A DNA stretch of 64,000 bases, from assembly GCA_021805245.1 (NCBI GenBank), contig JAJZFS010000076.1, positions 11,663 to 75,662 of the forward strand, in the 5' to 3' direction. The notes under the pieces are model-generated. The model made no database searches. It was not told the origin of the DNA and worked only from the letters and a program-made list of their open reading frames with translations. Positions within the stretch are counted from its first letter, which is position 1. Each line of letters opens with the position of its first letter. Positions 27,942 to 34,941 of the stretch are shown here, piece after piece. The position numbers and the translations under genes were made by a program. Origin of the DNA: Pseudomonadota bacterium (lineage in GTDB: Bacteria; Pseudomonadota; Alphaproteobacteria; Micavibrionales; UBA2020).

Positions 27942-28550
27942 TTAGGGTTTTTTTCTTTTTCCTAGAATACGTTCTATCCAAAAGGCAAGGCCTCTTAATG
28001 TTAATTGTTGTGGTGAATTAAAAGACATTTTTTGAAATTTATCCCCATACTTTTTATTGGAAGATGCTTTGTTTTTTCTTACCAGTTGTCGGCAAGCCTG
28101 CAGGGTCTCCCAAGGGGTCAGATTTAAGCTTTCTGCTAAAATTGTATATTCGACAAACTTATTTTCAGGTAACGAATCGAAGACCATGTTTTCTGTAGTG
28201 ATGGAAATGACATCCCAAGATTCATCTATTTCTTCGTCTATTCCACTGCTGCACCAAAATATATTGCTGTTCCACACAATAAAATGAGAGCCGCAGGCGC
28301 TGTCACGCCAGTACGAGGGGTAAAGTGTGAGCCCGCGAGGCTGAAGATAAAGTCTCCATGCAGGTCCCGCGCGCCTGTCAAGGTTAATAAGTAAGTCGTC
28401 GCCACATCCACAGGGACAGCGCATTATAAGAAGTCGAGGATGCCCCCTTTCTACAATTACAGCATCTCCACTTTTCTTTAAAAGAGAAAACGCAGCATCT
28501 CTACTCTCTACTTTTCCTTGAAAGAAAATTTGTCGTGAACGGTCTATCAT
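27942..28550 (-). CDS. DUF6527-like Cys-rich (metal-binding) protein with a possible C-terminal winged-helix region
   Basis: MRCPCGCGDDLLINLD ... LTLYPSYWRDSACGSHFIVWNSNIFWC matches the recalled DUF6527 pattern. It is the last gene of the Ubl operon, starting 3 nt after the previous stop. Confidence 0.65.
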   Translation of the reverse strand: MIDRSRQIFFQGKVESRDAAFSLLKKSGDAVIVERGHPRLLIMRCPCGCGDDLLINLDRRAGPAWRLYLQPRGLTLYPSYWRDSACGSHFIVWNSNIFWCSSGIDEEIDESWDVISITTENMVFDSLPENKFVEYTILAESLNLTPWETLQACRQLVRKNKASSNKKYGDKFQKMSFNSPQQLTLRGLAFWIERILGKRKKP

Positions 28551-28553
28551 TTC

Positions 28554-30035
28554 TTATATCTGCTTATGAAGATATTTTGTAATTCTTTCCGCTACCACTA
28601 GGGCATATGCGTGACGATTGAATGCCAATTCTTTCAATTCCTTATTTTTTGCCATCTCATTGTTTAAGCGAGCGAATCTTAACAAGTAAGCTACCAAAAC
28701 AGCGCTCGCCTCTTTCTCCGTACAGTCGCATCCTAGGGGGATATGACGAATTTCTCTGATAGCCTTCCTTAACCAAGAAAAACGATTAGGCCTTTTTTCG
28801 GCTGCAGGAGGGCGGTGAAAGAAAGGTTCTTTATATATTTCATCTACAAATGATTTCCATTGGTTCCAGTCGGATTTTGAATCATCTTTCTCTGTTCCAA
28901 ATACAAGACTTACCTCCAAAGTAGCTGGATCTGCAGAAATTGGGCCATCTTCTATATTTAAGAAGTCGATTAAAATAGCGTCCTTTCCTCTGACCATGAT
29001 ATTACCTGCATGCAAGTCCCCATGACATGGGGTAATGCAGGTAATATCATCCTGCAGAATCTTATCTAGCATATCTTCTATTTTTTTGGGGGATGACTTT
29101 AACCCAAGCTTTTGGGCCTTTTTAATGACAGGAGACTTTAACCCGTCTATCCAAGCCCTATCTTTGACAAAATCAAACAATTTTTGTGTGCGCTTCTCTA
29201 GTTTATTTGCAGGCTGTATCCTGAAGCCCTTTAGGCTATGTTCAAAAAGAGAAAAGAGTGTGCCGTTCCCTTGATTAGATTGCAGGACTGATCTGAGCGG
29301 GCGGGAGTCCTCAACAAAGTTGCCTACTAACGCAGACATTTTTTCAGAATTTATACATCTTCCTTTATCAATATTGGGGCGGAGATAGAATGGTATATAA
29401 AAATCTGCATAATATTCGTAGTTTTGTAATTCTTTAGAAATCCGATCAGATTTATCTATTTTTATAAAGAAAGGTAATGGCCTTGGACCAATTATTGATC
29501 GTTTCAGCCATGCATGCACGCAATAAACTCCTGCAGCTACCCTTCCGCCGCCCAAAGGCTCTATATAAATCCGGTCACAGTCACTAAACGCACGTTGAAG
29601 AAAATGTTTTATAGGTAAGGATAATTTAGGTCCTTCTTTAATTATCTTGGGGTCCCCAACTGGGGGGCCGGGATCATAGTGATTTAAAAATTCTGCAGCA
29701 TTTTCGATTCCGCCTTGAGAATAGAGCCTGTCGTCTCCCAGCTTTAGTTCATCTAATAGATTTTTAAGTGGCAATAAGTGGGAATCTGTTTCTGCCACTG
29801 TAATAAGCGAAAGCCCATACTGTGATGATATTGGTCTTAATTCTTCAATATGCTGTCTAATCACTCCAATTTTTTTAGCGGTTTCTGCTATTATCACCCC
29901 ACATGCCTCATTGGCACCAATACTTACATCCTGGCATTTCACGTTTATAAGATTAAGATTGCGAAATGCAAACGGACGATCTTGTATAGGCAGATCGCCC
30001 ACTAGGAGTACATTCCTTCGTGCGGGGTATTTCAT
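28554..30035 (-). CDS. unknown N-terminal alpha/beta domain fused to an APH/protein-kinase-like fold domain
   Basis: The ATG at 30035 lies 2 nt after the E1 stop. Kinase-fold motifs: G-loop EPLGGGRVAAGVY, FFIKID (Lys192), HGDLHAGNIMV (H338/D340/N345), ILIDF (D357). Confidence 0.7.
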   Translation of the reverse strand: MKYPARRNVLLVGDLPIQDRPFAFRNLNLINVKCQDVSIGANEACGVIIAETAKKIGVIRQHIEELRPISSQYGLSLITVAETDSHLLPLKNLLDELKLGDDRLYSQGGIENAAEFLNHYDPGPPVGDPKIIKEGPKLSLPIKHFLQRAFSDCDRIYIEPLGGGRVAAGVYCVHAWLKRSIIGPRPLPFFIKIDKSDRISKELQNYEYYADFYIPFYLRPNIDKGRCINSEKMSALVGNFVEDSRPLRSVLQSNQGNGTLFSLFEHSLKGFRIQPANKLEKRTQKLFDFVKDRAWIDGLKSPVIKKAQKLGLKSSPKKIEDMLDKILQDDITCITPCHGDLHAGNIMVRGKDAILIDFLNIEDGPISADPATLEVSLVFGTEKDDSKSDWNQWKSFVDEIYKEPFFHRPPAAEKRPNRFSWLRKAIREIRHIPLGCDCTEKEASAVLVAYLLRFARLNNEMAKNKELKELAFNRHAYALVVAERITKYLHKQI

Positions 30036-30037
30036 GT

Positions 30038-31363
30038 CTAATCTTGCCGTGCAGGAAGGGGCCATTCATTTGCTCTACAGATAGCTCCTGATGGAGAGCA
30101 AACTATGCATGTAGGATGTGGAGTGCAGAGGGCAGGACGGCATATGCCTTTTATCGCGTTGTAATTTAAAAACCTTGGAGTGCCCGGAACGCCTATGACT
30201 GTATTTAAAAACATAGTTACAGCTAGTGAAGCAATCGTGCTATTAAGAGATATTACTGAAGGTGCTGGTTCTGTATCTCCTATAATATAAGGATCCATTT
30301 GCCGTTCGAAATCAGTCAATAAATCTCGTCTTATTTCTTCCGAATCCAACAGATTCCCGCAGACCATACAAGCCAAGCCCGGAGCAAAAAGCTGAGTGCG
30401 TCCCACAATATCTGTTACAAGCCCCTTTTGGGCAGATATAGCAACGCCCATATCTATGCAGGGAACTAAATATTGATACGAGAATTGGTTGAGAACTGCC
30501 CGGCTGCCGTGTGAGTCGGTGCAACAAAAGACGAAGTCCGTATCAGCAAGTAACTTCACGACAGCTTCTTTAAGGATGCTATCTCTTTGCGTTTCAATGT
30601 TTGCTGTACTATTAAGCTTTTTCCCCCAAGAGGCCGCAACATCTGCCTTAAACCTTCCTACATCTTCTGGGGTGGCTCCAACAAGCCTATTTAGATTGGT
30701 TTCTTCTATCGTGTCGGGATCAATTAATAAAAAGTCTTGTACACCCAGATGTAAAAGAGACTGTAAAACTACAGACCCAGTTCCTCCTAATCCTACAATG
30801 CCCACGCGTATTGATTTCAGGGTCTGTTGCCCGAGGGCTCCAAAGGCGCGTATTTGGCGATCATATCGAGGGTCTTTTTCTTTTTCTAATCCTGTTTCTC
30901 CAAAAGTAATTTGTGGGCCAATGCCTAATACTCTTAATGGATTTTTTTTACCTAGTTCTCTTGCAATAGCCACCTCTGGAGTAATCAACATGGCGGCATG
31001 ACGGGCATGAGGCGCTCGACCCGCTAGAAAATAGGATAGTTCTGTTTCCCCCGCATCATCTGTCGCAGAGAAGTGATTGAGCGAAAATGGGTGAGTATGT
31101 ACAAAGGTTATAGACTCTCCAGTCTTTCGTGCTCTTTGAGCGACTTCAGAAACTATTTCTGGGCGAAGTTGAGCGCTTACTGTGGTACGCTCCTCATAGA
31201 GTTTAATCGGGGGAGTAAGGGCTTCTCTAATTACTATACGACTAAGCTTTTTATTTGTTTCAACTGAACGTCCAAAAAGTATAGCGCATGTTTCATTTTC
31301 GTCTTTTAGTAAATCTTTTCTAAGACGGGTTAATAACTCTGATGTAAGTACAAGCCTGCTCAT
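30038..31363 (-). CDS. JAB/JAMM metallopeptidase :: ThiF/E1-like adenylyltransferase fusion
   Basis: Complete JAMM motif: E24 ... H89-T-H91-x7-S99-x2-D102. E1 module: VGIVGLGGTGS (GxGxxG), DPDTIEETNLNRL, CxxC pairs ACMVCG and TCIVCS. Confidence 0.85.
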   Translation of the reverse strand: MSRLVLTSELLTRLRKDLLKDENETCAILFGRSVETNKKLSRIVIREALTPPIKLYEERTTVSAQLRPEIVSEVAQRARKTGESITFVHTHPFSLNHFSATDDAGETELSYFLAGRAPHARHAAMLITPEVAIARELGKKNPLRVLGIGPQITFGETGLEKEKDPRYDRQIRAFGALGQQTLKSIRVGIVGLGGTGSVVLQSLLHLGVQDFLLIDPDTIEETNLNRLVGATPEDVGRFKADVAASWGKKLNSTANIETQRDSILKEAVVKLLADTDFVFCCTDSHGSRAVLNQFSYQYLVPCIDMGVAISAQKGLVTDIVGRTQLFAPGLACMVCGNLLDSEEIRRDLLTDFERQMDPYIIGDTEPAPSVISLNSTIASLAVTMFLNTVIGVPGTPRFLNYNAIKGICRPALCTPHPTCIVCSPSGAICRANEWPLPARQD

Positions 31364-31737
31364 CGGGGGTCTTGCAACCTGCGTTTTATAACGTACAAGT
31401 AGGTTAAAAGGTTATCATTATTTGGGTTCCAAGAGCTTACATGCCATGAAAACCAAAGATGGGGCGTGGATACATGTGGTATAGCATTAGGCCCTGTATT
31501 CTGCGGCTGGGCGCCATTAGCTAGCTTTAAATCCGCATCTGTCCAGAAACAGTCTGGCCGTGCGAGGGGGTATCCTACAGGGGCAATAAATTTTACACTA
31601 ACTTGATTTTTTGACCACCCAGTAGGGAGGTCTATGGATGGAACAGTAATTAAGTGACTGCCATCTGGCAGCCCCTCCAAGGTTGCTTGCATTTGGGAAG
31701 CAAAAAGTAACTGGAATTGTTGCTCCAGCGGTGTCAT
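31360..31737 (-). CDS. E2/UBC-like protein (Prok-E2_E-like)
   Basis: 125 aa with a single Cys (Cys63) in GYPLARPDCFWTD. Its position between the Ubl and E1 genes, with ATGA overlaps on both sides, supports the call. Confidence 0.7.
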   Translation of the reverse strand: MTPLEQQFQLLFASQMQATLEGLPDGSHLITVPSIDLPTGWSKNQVSVKFIAPVGYPLARPDCFWTDADLKLANGAQPQNTGPNAIPHVSTPHLWFSWHVSSWNPNNDNLLTYLYVIKRRLQDPR

Positions 31738-32006
31738 ATAAGCCCAAAGCTGGCTGGTGGAACTGTATAAAAGCGTTTAGGGCCCTTATCCTTTTCTAAA
31801 GAGATACTCGTGTCATCATTTATTAATTGATCGGGGGTATCTCCGTGCCCTTCAAGGTATAAAGCATATCCGCGTTTGGCTTCAGGCAATTTTGCTTTAA
31901 TAGCTAGTCCTGTAATATGAGCGCTATCCGATTCATATTTAATGCTGTCTACGAAGTAAAAAAAATCTTCTTTCTTAGTAGCTTCTTTTCCGTCTTCCTT
32001 TGACAT
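31734..32006 (-). CDS. ubiquitin-like beta-grasp protein (single Multiubiquitin-like domain)
   Basis: 90 aa. FYFVDSIKYESDSAHITGLAIKAKL...YALYLEG...D..ISL...RFYTVPPASFG-LI resembles the Multiubiquitin family pattern. It is the first gene of the operon. Confidence 0.65.
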   Translation of the reverse strand: MSKEDGKEATKKEDFFYFVDSIKYESDSAHITGLAIKAKLPEAKRGYALYLEGHGDTPDQLINDDTSISLEKDKGPKRFYTVPPASFGLI

Positions 32007-32051
32007 TTGATTTTCCGATCTCTTGAGGAGGTATTCACATTAAGTAGCTGT

Positions 32052-32080
32052 AATATACAGTGTTTTCTTTTTAGCCGCAA
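32052..32080 (-). promoter_or_regulatory. putative sigma70-type promoter of the Ubl operon, with an overlapping palindromic operator
   Basis: The minus strand has TTGCGG (32080-32075), a 17-nt spacer and TATATT (32057-32052). The palindrome CTGTA-ATA-TACAG (32048-32060) covers the -10. Confidence 0.4.
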
Positions 32081-32146
32081 TGTTTTTACGGATAATTATC
32101 TGAACTGATTCTCTCATATATATCAACTATATCAATGCAACGTGAG

Positions 32147-32299
32147 ACTTCCAAAAGCTGGTGAAGAAGACGGGCATTTACACCAAAAGCCTCATGCAAA
32201 TGTTCAGCAACAAGGGCAACCCAAGTTTGCACAATTTAAACCTTGTTTTTCGTGTTTTGTTTAAACAGAAAAAATTGAACATGGAAGAAATCGTGTAGT
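32147..32299 (+). pseudogene. remnant of a HigA/antidote-type HTH antitoxin (C-terminal ~45 codons only)
   Basis: KKTGIYTKSLMQMFSNKGNPSLHNLNLVFRVL matches the ...TG.sReSLYkaLS..GNP....l.kvl.aL pattern of addiction-module antidote proteins. An in-frame stop lies upstream (32144-46), and there is no N-terminal part and no toxin gene. Confidence 0.4.
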
Positions 32300-32386
32300 G
32301 TGCTATGGTGGTGGCTTGAAAACTTATCCCGTTAGGGCTACTCTCGGGCTATCTTCTGGTTCAGAAAAGCCCAGCAAGTGGGACGG

Positions 32387-32409
32387 TGGGTACTTTTCTG
32401 GGTACCTGA
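32387..32409. repeat. putative integrase arm-type sites (right)
   Basis: TGGGTACTTTTCTGGGTACCTGA is near-identical to the left-end block at 21495-21517. Confidence 0.4.
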
Positions 32410-32456
32410 AAAAATCTCACAGATATAAATAATTGAATTCATTGCGTTGCTGACAG

Positions 32457-32502
32457 GGTTCGGGAGCGCCTCTGGCACCATTTCTCCTTCCAAGACAATC
32501 CA
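32457..32502. repeat. attR: degenerate copy of the tRNA-Phe 3' end plus downstream sequence
   Basis: GGTTCGGGAGCGCCTCTGGCACCATTTCTCCTTCCAAGACAATCCA, compared with attL at 21356-21402. Confidence 0.75.
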
Positions 32503-32595
32503 GACCCTATAAAAACACTAACGTGTGGCCTAAAAAGGGTTTCTATTGCGGAAAATTTGTTGTTATCTTGCGCCATCGAAAAGGATTTCAAGGCT

Positions 32596-34032
32596 ATGAC
32601 GCAAGAGCAGCAGAAGGAATTCCGCGAGAAAAAGAGACGCACCATCCGCAAAAGGCTGGGGCCTGCCTATCCGTTTTACAAGCTTGGCCGGATGGCTGCG
32701 GGCCATGCGCTGAAAGCCGCCAAGGTGAAGGAAATCCTGTCGACCGCGACCGGCCCCGTCAAGCTGCATGCCGGCGCGGGCGAGAACTACAAGGAAGGCT
32801 GGGTCAACATCGACCTGCACCCCGCGACGCAGAAGGAAATCCTGCACAACCTTGTGAAGGGGATTCCGTTTCCCGACAACTCCGTCGATTTCATCTATAC
32901 CGAGCATTTCATCGAGCATATCCCCTATGACGCCGCGCTGGCCTTCATGACCGAGTCCTACCGCGTGCTCAAGCCGGGCGGGGTCTTGCGCATTTCCTGC
33001 CCCGATCTGGATTTTCTGGTTGCGGCCTATTCGAAAGAAAACTGGCGCACGCATACCAAGGAAGACGCGCGTCCGCCGGAATGGGAGAAAATCCTCGAGA
33101 CGCAAAGCTGGTATCCCAACCGCTGCTTCATGTTCAATCTCACCATGCGCGAGAACGGCGAACACCAATACATTTACAACTTTGAAGAAATGGCGGCGCG
33201 GCTGAACGAGGCCGGATTCTTCCTGCACCACATCCACGACAAGAAGATGAACGAAAGCGATTATCCCGAGCTGCAAAACATCGACTGGCGCGGGGACTCG
33301 CTGATCGTCGAGGCGGTGAAAGACAGAAGCTTTTTGGCAGAGCCGCTGCTGACGGTGATCGTGCCCGCCTATGACAGCGAGGGCGTGATTGCAAAGACGC
33401 TGGATTCCATTCTGGCGCAGAAGACGGATTTCAAATTCATCGTCAAGGTGGCGGCGGATTATGCCCGCGACAAAACGCAGAAAATCGTCCGCGACTATCA
33501 GGAAAAGCATCCGGACATCATCAAGCCGCTGATGAGCGGTTTCAGAATGGGTACGGAAAAGACGCTGCACCGCGCGCTGCGCGCCATCGATACCGAATAC
33601 CTCGCGTTTCTCGAGGCGGGGGATGTGTGGAGCGATCCCCTCAAGCTGCAAACGCAGGTGGATGCGCTTAAAAACAACCCCGATTGCACGGTTGCCGCAC
33701 ATAACACGGAAGTGAGCAGGGCATCCGGCAAAAAGAAGGATTTCATCGCCGGCGGCAAAGCAAAAGCGCATTATACCATCGGCGAAGAGGCGGTTGCCGC
33801 GCATCCGTCCTCGCTTGTCTGCCGGAATGTTTTGCAGTTCTCGCTGCTGCCGTTTTATCTGGCGGACATGGCGGGATTGCAGGCGCTTTATCAGGCCGAA
33901 GGCGGCATGTGGTTTGAAGACAGGGTCATGTCAGTGCATAATGCCGCGCGCAAGAGCCGCTCGGCCACGCCGCCCCTGAAAAAGGCGGTCTTTTCGGCGA
34001 TGTCGAAGCGCTATAGAAAGAAACGGGCTTAA
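32596..34032 (+). CDS. class I SAM methyltransferase :: family-2 glycosyltransferase fusion
   Basis: N-terminal Methyltransf_11-like region (VDFIYTEHFIEHI, LKPGGVLRISCPD). C-terminal GT2 region (LLTVIVPAYDSEGVIAKTLDSILAQ, YLAFLEAGDVW). Confidence 0.75.
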   Translation: MTQEQQKEFREKKRRTIRKRLGPAYPFYKLGRMAAGHALKAAKVKEILSTATGPVKLHAGAGENYKEGWVNIDLHPATQKEILHNLVKGIPFPDNSVDFIYTEHFIEHIPYDAALAFMTESYRVLKPGGVLRISCPDLDFLVAAYSKENWRTHTKEDARPPEWEKILETQSWYPNRCFMFNLTMRENGEHQYIYNFEEMAARLNEAGFFLHHIHDKKMNESDYPELQNIDWRGDSLIVEAVKDRSFLAEPLLTVIVPAYDSEGVIAKTLDSILAQKTDFKFIVKVAADYARDKTQKIVRDYQEKHPDIIKPLMSGFRMGTEKTLHRALRAIDTEYLAFLEAGDVWSDPLKLQTQVDALKNNPDCTVAAHNTEVSRASGKKKDFIAGGKAKAHYTIGEEAVAAHPSSLVCRNVLQFSLLPFYLADMAGLQALYQAEGGMWFEDRVMSVHNAARKSRSATPPLKKAVFSAMSKRYRKKRA

Positions 34033-34044
34033 GAGCGGATAGAG

Positions 34045-34893
34045 TTACGCTTTCGTCAGGTAATGATAGTATTCGCGGATGATGTGCGTGACCTTGTATT
34101 CCGCGTCTTCCAGATGCTTCAAGACGCGTGCGCGGTTCTCCGGCCAGATATAAACTTCAAGCAAGCAGTCGTTGTTTTTGAGCAGTTCCGCCGCGCCTTT
34201 TAAAACATCCAGTTCGTGCCCCTGAACGGTGATCTTGATGAAAACCTTTTTGCCCTGACACGGCAGGGCTTCATCCAGCGGGCGCGCCTTTACTTCGCAC
34301 AGCGTACCTGTTCCCGGCGTCAGATGCCCCATGGTTTCCGCGCCCGCCTGTCCGGCCGTGGCCACCACTTGCGATGCGATGGCACGGCTTTCCGTCGCCA
34401 TTTCAAACTGCAGCGTGCCGTGCGTGCTCGACAGGGCTTCTTGAAAGGGTTTTACGCGGCCAGTGAAGCCGTTGAGGGAGATGTTGAACACCAGCTGGGC
34501 GAAATTGCGCGGGTCCGGCTCGAAGGCGAGGATTTCCTTCGCGAGGTTGCGGTGCGCCGCCTGTAGCGCGTAAATGCCCACGCTCGCGCCGACATCAACG
34601 AAGACATCACACCCTTTCGCCATCTCGCCGAAAAAGCAGTCGCACCTGTCGTGCTCGTATCCGCCGTGCAGGCCGATCTTGCGGTCGACATGGCTGCGGT
34701 AGTTGAGGAGGAACAATATGCCCTTGTAACGCTTGACCTTGTATCCTTCTGGCCAGGTCAGCCGCGCCCACATTTTCAGCAGTGATGGATAAAGCCTTTT
34801 GACGATGGGGATGCTGCGCGTGCCGTGATAAAGCGTGTGGAGGCATACGTTTGAAAATTCAAGGTTTGCTTGGGAAGATTCTTTTGCCATCAT
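34045..34893 (-). CDS. FkbM-family methyltransferase
   Basis: VFVDVGASVGIYAL...ILAFEPDPRNF and the colinear FkbM pattern. Confidence 0.8.
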   Translation of the reverse strand: MMAKESSQANLEFSNVCLHTLYHGTRSIPIVKRLYPSLLKMWARLTWPEGYKVKRYKGILFLLNYRSHVDRKIGLHGGYEHDRCDCFFGEMAKGCDVFVDVGASVGIYALQAAHRNLAKEILAFEPDPRNFAQLVFNISLNGFTGRVKPFQEALSSTHGTLQFEMATESRAIASQVVATAGQAGAETMGHLTPGTGTLCEVKARPLDEALPCQGKKVFIKITVQGHELDVLKGAAELLKNNDCLLEVYIWPENRARVLKHLEDAEYKVTHIIREYYHYLTKA

Positions 34894-34941
34894 TTTCTCC
34901 TAATAAAAATAGAAATAGAAATAAGTATGTCAGTCAGCTAG

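Larger units (their letters stand above)
21381..32502. mobile_element. tRNA-Phe-integrated genomic island (~11.1 kb) with integrase, AlpA, DUF736, Rep and defence-like cargo
   Basis: The integrase sits next to the tRNA, flanking direct repeats are present, arm-type TGGGTAC repeats occur at both ends, and the sequence is visibly AT-rich relative to the flanks. Confidence 0.85.

Noticed and set aside
32048-32060. CTGTAATATACAG as a LexA/SOS box
   Set aside because: The spacing is CTGT-N5-ACAG, not the gammaproteobacterial CTGT-N8-ACAG, and it is unlike the alphaproteobacterial GTTC-N7-GTTC direct repeat. I kept it only as a generic candidate operator.
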